A DNA stretch of 63,004 bases, counting the filler, from Aduncisulcus paluster (lineage: Eukaryota): the NCBI GenBank assembly GCA_024181965.1. It is 22 parts of 22 records of this genome, joined end to end, with 100 filler letters (N's around TTAATTAATTAA, not from the genome) between each part and the next. Parts side by side here need not be neighbours in the genome. Positions count along the whole stretch, not along the records: positions 1,367 to 16,566 come from BQXS01000301.1; positions 16,667 to 17,966 come from BQXS01000302.1; positions 18,067 to 19,266 come from BQXS01000303.1; positions 19,367 to 20,596 come from BQXS01000306.1; positions 20,697 to 22,280 come from BQXS01000308.1; positions 22,381 to 26,307 come from BQXS01000309.1; 16 more parts are not named here. The stretch is one strand, 5' to 3'. The translations under genes were made by a program, and so were the position numbers. Under the pieces are notes generated by a model. That model saw nothing but the letters and a program-made list of their open reading frames with translations. It made no database searches and had not been told where the DNA came from. Positions within the stretch are counted from its first letter, which is position 1. Every line of letters starts with the position of its first letter. Shown here in pieces: positions 14,558-24,397 of this stretch.

Positions 14558-15523
14558 TCACATCCATTTTTTTTCTATTATTTCGAGTACATCTTCGCAA
14601 AAAGCCAGATCTTCATGATTATGACAGAAATTTTCCAGCATTCTTAATCTTCTCGCATAAGCTCTCCTCTGCTTTGATAATCCTGAAAGAGTGGAATATG
14701 TTTTTGTTACAGCAACCAAGTCTTTCGATACATCATCTTCGAGTTCTTTTAGAAGAGTCATTGAGTGTGATATGATTAAATCCGTATGTTGTTGTCTTGT
14801 TGTATGAGATATAATTCCCGAAGCTGAAGTGGAGGCCTCGCTATCATATGCAGTATGGGAGGAAGGAGCCATTCCACTGCTTCGAATCCCAAGACTTCCA
14901 TCCATCGCTCTTCCACTATGCCCCTCATAATATTCCCCGCTATGGTGCGAACCAGTGTGCACTGAACTGCTTGTTAATGGTTGACGAAGCTGTTGTTGAA
15001 TCTCATCAAGCTTTTCAGTAACACCACCAAGATCAGCACGATGCGAAGGAATCAAATTATTGCTCACTTTCACTTCATCAACATGGCTTCGATGGTCTTC
15101 ACCATCTCCAACTATTGATTTCTTGCGTAGTCTTTTACGCTCACGTTGTTTCTTAATTGCATCCCCTCTCCTCTTCAAAGCAGGATATCCAACTAATCTT
15201 CCAGCGTGAGGTTTTGCATAATTCTTTAAAGCTCTTGTCACATCGATATGAGCAGCCAATGCTCTTCCCATAAGTCTATCAATATCTATTGTGTCACATA
15301 TCCCACAAGCACGCATAGCACTCTCTAATAATTGCAAATTTCTTCGAATTTGTTGATCAGAACGAGGATTAAAACACAGAGCGTCCAATTTTGAATGCTC
15401 GGGAGATATTGCATCTATAATATGATAATAACCAACTCCATCAGCCAAATCTTCTAAACAAGCATAATCTGCCTGTGCAGTTTGGTTTATCCACTCTAAT
15501 AAGCCTCTTTTACCTGTTGACAT
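14558..15523 (-). CDS. EB1: EB1/MAPRE microtubule end-binding protein
   Basis: N-terminal CH domain (LLEWIN...EDLADGVGYYHIIDAI...NLQLLE) and C-terminal EBH-like motif (QRRAYARRLRMLENFC...VLEII). Confidence 0.8.
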   Translation of the reverse strand: MSTGKRGLLEWINQTAQADYACLEDLADGVGYYHIIDAISPEHSKLDALCFNPRSDQQIRRNLQLLESAMRACGICDTIDIDRLMGRALAAHIDVTRALKNYAKPHAGRLVGYPALKRRGDAIKKQRERKRLRKKSIVGDGEDHRSHVDEVKVSNNLIPSHRADLGGVTEKLDEIQQQLRQPLTSSSVHTGSHHSGEYYEGHSGRAMDGSLGIRSSGMAPSSHTAYDSEASTSASGIISHTTRQQHTDLIISHSMTLLKELEDDVSKDLVAVTKTYSTLSGLSKQRRAYARRLRMLENFCHNHEDLAFCEDVLEIIEKKWM

Positions 15524-15774
15524 TAATATCTAAATTACTGAAATAAAACTGATTTACCAAAGGCCAAATACTAATCAAAAATTGAAATAAATAAATAAAA
15601 ACTTTAAATTAGAATAATATTTTTTACCGTTGGGACAAAAAGAGCTTGTTGAATTTTCGAATTTGAATTTGCACGTAAAATAGCAAACTATTACGATTAA
15701 TATTTTTATTAATAAGCTAAATAAATTTAATATGATTATTTTCAATTAAAAATTTATTCAAACCAACACAGAAA

Positions 15775-16566
15775 TCAAATATTCTTTCCAGTAATCCTTT
15801 CGATCTTCTTTTTAACAGTTTTAGCCTTTGAATAAAACGTACTTCCCGTTTTCTTCTTCAATTTGGCCTTTTTCCTTTCAGCTTGTTTCTCTTGTCTTAT
15901 CTGTTGATCTTTCTCCATCCTTTCCTTCTTATCGGCACTTATCCTCTTCTTCCTTCTTGCACCGACAATCTGAACAACATCAGCTTCATCGTCATCATGG
16001 ATGGCACGACTTGACCGTCTTTTAGCCGCAGAAGATGACCGACTCTTCCCCTTAACTTTCACACCTCCGACAAGAAGCTTTCTAACTTCATCCTTAGCTC
16101 TCTCTTCCTCTTCCTCTCTCACCTTCACTCGGCCAGAGCGAGAAGACGACCGACGTTGCTTAACACCAATCAAACTCTTCTCACGCTCATTCAATACAAT
16201 ATCACGAGCTTTAAGAACCTTTTTCTTTTTCTTGGATTTCTCCAATGACGAACTGGAAGAACTTCTCTTCTTCTTTGGTTTTTCTTCCGCCTCTTCCTCT
16301 TCCTCCTCCTCCTCCTCCTCCTCTTCTTCTTCTTCATGTTCTCCTACCTCAGCTTCCTCTTCGTCATCTCCAAACATTCCATCAAGAACATTGTCAATGT
16401 CCCCTTCTGCTGCTGTACTATACTGTACTATACTCTCCAACGACTGATCCATTTCCATGGCATCTCCAGCCGTATCCTTTGTAACTTTAGACTTGGCCTT
16501 ACCCTTTTTCTCTTTCTTTCCGCTCTCTCTTGCCTTAACACGATCAAGGAAAGCCTTAACATCACC
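15775..16566 (-). CDS. Hypothetical acidic/basic low-complexity protein, 5' truncated
   Basis: Open frame to the contig edge; poly-E tract followed by K/R-rich C-terminus. Confidence 0.6.
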   Translation of the reverse strand, partial: GDVKAFLDRVKARESGKKEKKGKAKSKVTKDTAGDAMEMDQSLESIVQYSTAAEGDIDNVLDGMFGDDEEEAEVGEHEEEEEEEEEEEEEEEAEEKPKKKRSSSSSSLEKSKKKKKVLKARDIVLNEREKSLIGVKQRRSSSRSGRVKVREEEEERAKDEVRKLLVGGVKVKGKSRSSSAAKRRSSRAIHDDDEADVVQIVGARRKKRISADKKERMEKDQQIRQEKQAERKKAKLKKKTGSTFYSKAKTVKKKIERITGKNI

Positions 16567-16904
16567 NNNNNNNNNNNNNNNNNNNNNNNNNNNNNNNNNN
16601 NNNNNNNNNNTTAATTAATTAANNNNNNNNNNNNNNNNNNNNNNNNNNNNNNNNNNNNNNNNNNNNAGTGTTTAGAAACACTACTTTTATTTTACTTTTA
16701 TCATATATCTTTCCCAAAAAAAACAAAACAAAAACAAAAACAAAACATCCACCTCTTCTATTAATTCTGACTCTCTTCTATTTTTACTACTCTATCTCCC
16801 CTTCTTGCAATAACTTATCTATTTTTACTTTATTATTCTCCTCTTTTACTCCCTAATCCTATTTACTTCTCCCTCCTCTATTAATTCCATAAAACCTCTA
16901 CAGT

Positions 16905-17119
16905 GATACCTTCCGAACCTCTCAAGACCCGATGAACTTCGGTGAAGGTGAATGAGAGCGAAGGAGAAGGTATCTCCGCAAGTTTCCTCCGCCCTCCCCC
17001 TGCCATTAAGTGGTCACGTTGCCTTCTTCCCAGCAGGGAATGGCTGTTAAGGGTATTCTTTTTCCCGTGAGGGTTTTTTCTTATCGTTAATAAACTACTA
17101 CTGTACTATACTGTACTAT
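16905..17119 (+). ncRNA. Candidate structured RNA or SINE-like retroposon 3' end with pentamer tail
   Basis: Stems GATACCTTC/GAAGGTATC and CTCTCA/TGAGAG capped by AC-TTCG-GT; GCCATT/AATGGC; CCC-GTGA-GGG then T6, AATAAA and (TACTG/TACTA)n abutting a truncated integrase. Confidence 0.4.
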
Positions 17120-17966
17120 TCCCCGTGGGATGATGGGCTATAGAGACATGGTGTTTCACTCTTAATGTGTCCCAAAGGTGGTCAGCCAAATAATTGCAAA
17201 ACTGAGAGCCACCATCCGTATGTATAACTTCAGGCAGTCCGTGTCTAGCAAGTATAGGGATCAGAGCTGAACAAGCAACTTCTTTCTCCAGTGATTCCAC
17301 TGGGATCAACTCTACCCAATGTGTAAAAGCATCCACGACAGCAATTACATATTTCTCGGGCTCTTCTTCCTTTGAGATCGTCAATGTGTCGACAAATAGA
17401 GTGTGAAACGGGATTTCGACCGAAATTGATAACTTAGGTGCTTTTGGGATTTTCTTATCCTTAATTTTCTGGCATATCGGACAGACTCTTACAAAATCAG
17501 CCACATCTTTATACATCGAAGGCCAGACATAACCTGATGCCCTTATCTTGTGAGCTGTCGTTGCATATCCACCATGGCCTACCACGGCATTATGATGATC
17601 GCTAATAATGTGCTGGATAAGATCCCTGCTTTCACTGCTCAACGGAATCATATCTGCTTCATCAATGAACAATCCCTCTTCTTGTTCACACTTTGATCGA
17701 ACTCTCTCAGATAATAGCTTTTGAGACTCCATAATTTGTTCTGTTCTCGCATCTGAAACTAAAATTCTCCTCACATGACCGACTCTACTCAGAGCGTCCG
17801 CCACTTCATTTGAATCACCTGGGATGTGTTCTATCGTATAGTCAAATTGCTGCATAAAAAGGAACCAGCGGGCAATTTTCGGTGTGACACTCTTACTCAT
17901 GAACTGGAGGTTACGATGGTCTGTTTGGATCCTGATTGGATACCCAAAACACGTGTCTTTGATCTG
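17120..17966 (-). mobile_element. Ty3/Gypsy pol fragment: RNase H end, HHCC zinc finger and integrase core, truncated
   Basis: RWFLFMQQFDYTIEHIPGDSNEVADALSR; HH..GH...CPIC; FVDT, DAFT, TDGGSQF; breaks after HPTGN, before the catalytic Glu. Confidence 0.92.
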
Positions 17967-18066
17967 NNNNNNNNNNNNNNNNNNNNNNNNNNNNNNNNNN
18001 NNNNNNNNNNTTAATTAATTAANNNNNNNNNNNNNNNNNNNNNNNNNNNNNNNNNNNNNNNNNNNN

Positions 18067-18982
18067 GGGTGGCAGACACCGGACTTGTATCATTGCATCT
18101 CGAATAAGCCTTACCACTCTTACCATCGCGTACCAGACTATCAGCATTATGTTTCTTATGGGACATCCTCGTTTGTAGGTCCTTGGCGGCCTGGTTTCTC
18201 TCAGAGAGAGATTCACCATTGGTAGCGAGGCCAGCAAGCTCAGTGAGTGTGATAGAGCTCTTGCTGTATGGTTTTTGAGCGTAAAAGGTCATGTGATCGA
18301 GAGCGAGGTCTGTAAGGTTAACCTCAAGCTCTTTGTCAACGGTCTTCTTTATATGGCTTTTAGAAGCCCTTGTACGTTCAATTTTCTTCTCGCTGTTTCG
18401 TGGGGTTTGAGCGTTAGTTGTTCTTTCAACTAGCTCAGCAATTTCTTCCTTGTCAGCAGTACGTGTCTGCCGCGAAGACAGTGTGATTTGAGGTCCAGAG
18501 AGGGTAATGCGCATAGGCATCGAACCATCTTGTATGATGTATTGGATCAATCTTGAAGGGATTCCCCCATCAGGGTTTGAAATGAGGTTCCCTGACACTT
18601 TAGCAGGATAATAGGGGTATCTAAGTATTGATTTAAGCATAGATAATAATAATTTCCTATTAAAATACGAAAGTGCGTTGTTGTTGATGATCAAACGTGC
18701 ATCCACGTCAATGATGTAATTGGCAATCCCTTCGTCATGAAAAGAGGCTATAGCCTTCAACATTTCAATTTTCTTGGGAATAGGGTGCTTTAAGGTTGAA
18801 CCATCAGAGAGAGTTTGGGTATATGGGCCATTAATTGGAAAATCAGTTTCAACCGGAAGATCCAGAATTGCAACTAAATTTTCTAATGATCCGCTGTATC
18901 CTGCAACACAAATTTTAGTGTGTAGGGATTCCAGAGTAGCTGTACCAGGAGGGGAAGAAACATCAACGGTCTCTTGCGCCAT
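18067..18982 (-). CDS. Hypothetical protein, 3' truncated (possibly transposon-encoded)
   Basis: ATG-initiated ~305-aa ORF; no recognised motif. Confidence 0.55.
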
Positions 18983-19366
18983 TTTTAGAAAGAATTTAAT
19001 AAAAACTTCCTAATAATTTCCTTATGTATATATAGCGTTCACCAGTATTTTTCGAGCGGGGCTGAAAATTATTGGTAAGGAACTCTTGTTTTTCAATTAC
19101 TAGAGTTTGCCAACACAGACTCAATTCTAATCATTGGTCTAAGAAGATTGTCGAATATTTTTCTGAAGGAAGAAGTATCAAGGAGGATCACTGTTTTATG
19201 TATATCTTCATCACTGATAGATGCGTCTGAAGAAGAAATAACGGAGTGTTTCGTGAATAGAGATAGNNNNNNNNNNNNNNNNNNNNNNNNNNNNNNNNNN
19301 NNNNNNNNNNTTAATTAATTAANNNNNNNNNNNNNNNNNNNNNNNNNNNNNNNNNNNNNNNNNNNN

Positions 19367-20257
19367 TCAGGAATCCTGAATTTGTTTGTAGAGAAATTGG
19401 AATAGGAGAGTGCCCAATTCCTCTTGATGATCCCGAACTTGTTAAACCGGACTTTCCAAGTATTACTGGTAGTCTTTATACTACAGATTCTGAAGGAAAT
19501 ACAGAGGATGATAAAGAGCTTCCAGAGGTGAAGCAAAACATATTTTTCAGGGAATCAAGAATAACGACTTGTTTTCAATCATGAGTGGTAATTTTGATCC
19601 ACCTGCCACAATTAAAGGTGCTTCCGTCTGTATTCAGATTGGTCAAAAATCAAGATTGACTTATTCACCACCCGACAAAGTTTCCTTGAAATTTACTATT
19701 AGACACAACACAATTGATGGAGTAGCAGTAGAAGCAGAGTCTTATGAATTTATTGATCAACCCAAGACATGGTCTGAGAAAGTTCAAGAGTTTGCTTGGT
19801 ATTATCTCCCTGTTGATTTGGATAGTGTTTCTCGCTGTAGTGTCACGGGGACAACTTCTGGAGAAGAAACCTTCAGAATCTCCTCTCTTCTTTTCACAAG
19901 GGAGAAGTTAAGCATTCCCAAGGAAGTAATCCATGAAGAGAAGGGATATGGAGACTCTCACATTCTTCGACAAAACAAGAACAAGAGGTTACTGAAGTCA
20001 AAGAAGTCAAAGAAGCCAAAGAAGGAGGATGTTTCTCCTGTTAAAGTTGCATATCTTTGTATGCTTGAAAAGTATCCGTGTTTCTTGCACATTGTTATTC
20101 GTTTTCCTACTGGGATATTTCGTTTGTTTTTGTGCTCTATTTGCTTCTGGATTATTGTTCTAAATTTCTATTTTAATAAAATAATTTTATTTCCTTTACT
20201 GCAGTCTTAGGAGGCTTAACCTTTGGGAAAAGAATGTCCCTTTTTATATTATATTAA
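19367..20257 (+). CDS. Lineage-specific repeat-domain protein, 5' truncated; probable introns 19528-19550 and 20059-20204
   Basis: CPIPLDDP..PDF, IKGASVCI and WYYLPVDLDSVSRC motifs, paralleled in 27781-28648; the two frames join if 19528-19550 is spliced. Confidence 0.6.
19528..19550 (+). other. Candidate 23-nt intron
   Basis: GTGAAGCAAAACATATTTTTCAG; removal gives CCA GAG|GGA ATC AAG AAT AAC GAC TTG and restores the frame. Confidence 0.5.
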
Positions 20258-20696
20258 TATTAATTTTATCAAAGCTGAAATAAACCGCCACGGCATCATT
20301 ATAAGGATTTTACGATTTGATTTGCCTTAACGGCGATCTCGAGTGCAGATCCAATATCAACCGAATTGAAATATGTTTAACATAATAGTTTTACAGAGAA
20401 TATAATGATTAAATCTTTGAACTAATGCTCAAACTTGTAGAAATCGTTGTCTTGAAATTGTGTCATCTTCCAGTTGACAAATATATCATATAATTGCTAT
20501 TTCTAACTTACAGCAACATTAAGGCCTGTAAAACTGAAATATCATTTTCTTCATCACCATCGGATTTGGAAGAGGTACATCGGATGTATTTCTTGTNNNN
20601 NNNNNNNNNNNNNNNNNNNNNNNNNNNNNNNNNNNNNNNNTTAATTAATTAANNNNNNNNNNNNNNNNNNNNNNNNNNNNNNNNNNNNNNNNNNNN

Positions 20697-21404
20697 CTGG
20701 GACTAATTCTAGTTCCATTGGGGGAAGTTCGGATGGTTCATCCCATCTTATTTGGAGCATGTAATGCTTCAGAAGGGGGTTCACCAGACCTCCAAGTTCC
20801 TTATTTTCGCACTTTAGATCGTTGATGTCTCCCTGTAAATCCCGCCATTCATCTTCCCATTCCTCAAGTATCTCTGACTGAATGGGGAATCTGGCGCCGA
20901 GCAAATCCAATCGGATTATTGTCTCAAAACAAATCAAAATGTCATGAGCTGCATCTTTGCCCATTTTTAGTGGGATTACCCACTCAGTGAAGTATAAATA
21001 CTTCCCAAAAGCTCCTTGTGCTTTTAATTTAATTTTCCATTTCTTATTACAAGATATTATCTTCCCATCGGCTAATTCTAGCTCGAAAAGGTCGACAATC
21101 TCTTTTTCAAGAATGAAAGAATCGGGAATTCGTTCACAATTAGCTATTGACATTGAACAACCCGTGTCGAGTAGTACCAATACATTTTTCTCCTCATCCA
21201 ACGTATTAACTATCGCCATATACTCCTCAGGGGATTTACTCTTCTTAGTTACAGTCGTAGCCTTCGAGTAAACCTTTTTTCCCCTCCCTTGCTGGTCTTT
21301 TCCAGTCTTATCACCGGCATAATAGGGTTTCGGCTTCTGATAGTGTCCATCCGTCTGATAAGGTTTCCCGTTTCTATCCTTGCGGATTTCCTGGTATAAT
21401 AACT
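20697..21404 (-). mobile_element. Ty3/Gypsy gag end and aspartic protease fragment
   Basis: VLLDTGCS active site and LELADG flap; frame open from 21404 to the contig edge. Confidence 0.85.
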
Positions 21405-21494
21405 TGTGGTAGTACGTATAATAAACGATTTACAATTTATTGATATGACAGTTCACCGAACGTGTCTATTTATAGATCCTGAGACATTACCACA
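21405..21494 (-). repeat. Short (90 bp) LTR
   Basis: TGTGGTA...TACCACA terminal inverted repeat, TATAAATA and AATAAA; visibly similar to LTR 30556-30652. Confidence 0.75.
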
Positions 21495-22280
21495 ACACCC
21501 ACACACGACGCGTCTGTATACAAGTGAAACTCTGCACTTGGGTCTGGCTGTGCCAGGCGTGTCCGTTTCTTGAGGGTATCTATGATTCCTTCGACAGCTT
21601 CTTGCTGTTCAGGTCCCCACTCGAAGGGAACCTTGTCTTTCAACAAGCTCGACAGACATTTTGTCCGGGCTGCATAACAAGGGATGAAGGGGCTGAGGTA
21701 TGCCGCCAGACCCAACAACGACTTTAACTCACTCTTGTTCGTTATCACGTGGAGCTTGTCGAGTTGCTCGATCTTCTCTTCTGAGGCCGCAATCCCGTCT
21801 CCACTAATCATGACACCGAGGTACTTTACCTCCTCACAAACGAGTTGCATCTTCAACACGTTTACCTTCATGTTGGCCTTCGACAGCCGACCCAACACCT
21901 TCACATAGTTGTCAATCAACTCAGGCAGGGTCTCGCCAAACACGATGATATCATCTATGTATATCAAACAACTGACTCGTACCAGTCCCACCAAGATGTC
22001 CTCGAGCATCATTGTGAAGTAAGCTGGCGCATTCTTCAGGCCGAAGGGCATCCGTACATATTGGAATGTACCAAACTTCGTGATGAACGTTGTGAGCTCT
22101 AGGCTCTCTTCATCCATGAGTACCTGGTGGTACCCAGACTTCAGATCCAGGATAATGAATAGCTTCTTCCCATGCAGCATCCTGACAACCTCGTCGACCC
22201 TCGCCACCGCTCGGTGTAGGGTTACAGTCGCTGCATTCAGTGGCCTATAGTCCACACATAACCTGATCCCAGTCCCCTTT
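21495..22280 (-). mobile_element. Ty3/Gypsy reverse transcriptase to start of RNase H
   Basis: DYRPLN, LDLKSGYHQ, MPFGLKNAP, YIDDII, LYTDAS; interrupted by the LTR at 21494. Confidence 0.95.
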
Positions 22281-22380
22281 NNNNNNNNNNNNNNNNNNNN
22301 NNNNNNNNNNNNNNNNNNNNNNNNTTAATTAATTAANNNNNNNNNNNNNNNNNNNNNNNNNNNNNNNNNNNNNNNNNNNN

Positions 22381-22925
22381 ATTGCAATATCCGTGATAGC
22401 TACCCGAATCTTTTCTGAAGAATCGAGTCCTTTCTCCAGCGCCTTTCTAACTTCCCTCTCGAGCTCGGTCCAGTTCGATGGGGTGTAGTAATTCCTCAGT
22501 CCAATAAAAATATCGTCAGTACAGCTGGTTGGCTTCATAACAAGCCACTCCATGGACGCTCTTGTGGACACGAAATCCTCTGAGAAACTCACGCCGGTGG
22601 TCGCTTTATATTTCTCGAATTTGTCAACAAACGTTCTATAGTCATCCCGACTACATGATTTTAACAAAGGTTTAGTAGGTGCAGTAACGATTTTTTCCGT
22701 CATTTTCTTTGTCCCTGGCTCAGTTTTGACAATGTCTTTTTCTCGACCCATTCCCAGATTTTTTTTTGCAAAGGCTGATATAATATCACCTGGAATATCC
22801 GAAGACAATAAGTCCCATAATAATCGAGTTCGATCTTCTGGTGTAAGTGTTTTCCCGGAAAATTTGTTTTCCTGTAAGGCCGCAGCTTTTTCCGTTAAGG
22901 ATAAAGTGATTTTTGGATAAGACAT
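22381..22925 (-). mobile_element. Probable gag N-terminus of an LTR retrotransposon, 3' truncated
   Basis: ATG ~100 nt downstream of an LTR-like segment and 14-bp palindrome; PLLKS..DYRTFVDKFEKY resembles Gypsy capsid starts. Confidence 0.6.
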
Positions 22926-23035
22926 TTTGTTTTGTGTTATGGTAAAATATTATTTTGCCTGATTGTTTTTTAGTATAATAATTTAAGAAAAAATTGGTCA
23001 ATTTCTTCTCGAATGATAGTTAAGAATTTAAATTC

Positions 23036-23123
23036 TGTAATAAGGCCAACTCAAACAATGTTGCTGTGAGCAAGTTTATTCGTTATGATCGATTGTTCAA
23101 GGGGGTCAAGTTCCCTGCATACA
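23036..23123 (-). repeat. Candidate short LTR (~88-101 bp; outer end at 23123 or 23136)
   Basis: Minus strand TGTATGCAGG...CCTTATTACA with internal AATAAA; lies between a broken RT fragment and a gag-like ORF. Confidence 0.55.
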
Positions 23124-23136
23124 ACTTCCCCTGACA

Positions 23137-23368
23137 GGACAGCATTTTTGATTTTGCCGTCCATGTTGAGGCGGTGAATAGCAGCAATAACAGCTTTGGG
23201 AAGTACAGTGTTGAAAGCATTGGCAAAGTCCAGGGCAACGGTATAAACCTTTTTACCTTGTCTTCTACCAACCTCAGCAGCTGCGTAGATACTGTTTAAA
23301 ACTGTTTCAGCACCTCCATCGCACATGACTCCAAGCTGGAGTTCATCTTTTCTATCATTAAACAACAT
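23137..23368 (-). mobile_element. Non-LTR RT fragment, CRE/SLACS-like
   Basis: QLGV..GGAE and VALDFANAFNTV motifs typical of CRE-clade RT; truncated at both ends. Confidence 0.7.
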
Positions 23369-24397
23369 CTATCAGCTATTGAATGGTACTTTAAGCTTTC
23401 CAACTCCAATATATTGGTACTCGCCATTAGAATGGTTTAATCTCTACTCTATATGATTTGTTGCTGACTATATGTTTTTTGCCCATTATTTTCTTTTTGT
23501 CTTTATTTTTTCTTGTTTGGAGCATGTCTTGCNNNNNNNNNNNNNNNNNNNNCATGACTCCAAGCTGGAGTTCATCTTTTCTATCATTAAACAACATCTA
23601 TCAGCTATTGAATGGTACTTTAAGCTTTCCAACTCCAATATATTGGTACTCGCCATTAGAATGGTTTAATCTCTACTCTATATGATTTGTTGCTGACTAT
23701 ATGTTTTTTGCCCATTATTTTCTTTTTGTCTTTATTTTTTCTTGTTTGGAGCATGTCTTGCTCAATAACCGGCTAAACCGGGATTTACCGAATAAACTAC
23801 TCGTTTCCTAACTCCCGAGTTTTGTTCACATATTGGATTGTAAAGTTACATTATGTGACGTTAAATTATGGATTTAATCGACGAATGACATGGACTTATT
23901 GTAGAGGTTGTTATCCATGATTTTACCTCCGAATAATTTTAAAAATTTGTTTACATCTTGCAATATTCCAAATTCCAGTTCATATTCAAAAAACTCAGCT
24001 AAATTGAATGAATACTTAATATATATTGCCACTGACATGGCCGAGAATGTTGCTACTTCCAAACTTTACAAGAAACAGTTATTTTGACAAATTATATTAT
24101 TTTATTGCACTTAAATCTAAAATCACACGAATCTTTCCACATATCAGTGTCGATATATCACCGCTATTAGTTGATTCGTGGCTATATTTAGCAAATATTC
24201 TTTCCAAAAGATGCACAAGTCATTTTTCTCGGAATAATAATAAACAAATAAAAACATTAAACATCCAACTATAACAATGTTTTAACCAACTATTTGTCAT
24301 CATAGAAATTAGTTGGAAGAAAAATCTATTTTTAGATTTTGAGAATATGGTGTGTTGTATAATTATAAAATATAAGTAAAAACAATGTTTTCAAGAA

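Noticed and set aside
4859-15523. Hexamitid alternative genetic code (TAR = Gln)
   Set aside because: Conserved genes end at TAA/TAG/TGA, and multi-kilobase ORFs are open in the standard code
16929-16950. Canonical hammerhead ribozyme
   Set aside because: CCGAUGA and GAAG deviate from CUGANGA and GAAA, and there is no stem III or UH cleavage site; kept only as a resemblance
17046-17054. Telomerase RNA template (ACCCUUAAC on the minus strand)
   Set aside because: The organism's telomere repeat is unknown, and the tetraloops favour the opposite strand
23324-23761. 209-bp direct repeat resembling LTRs
   Set aside because: Copies directly flank a 20-N gap; unmerged contig overlap
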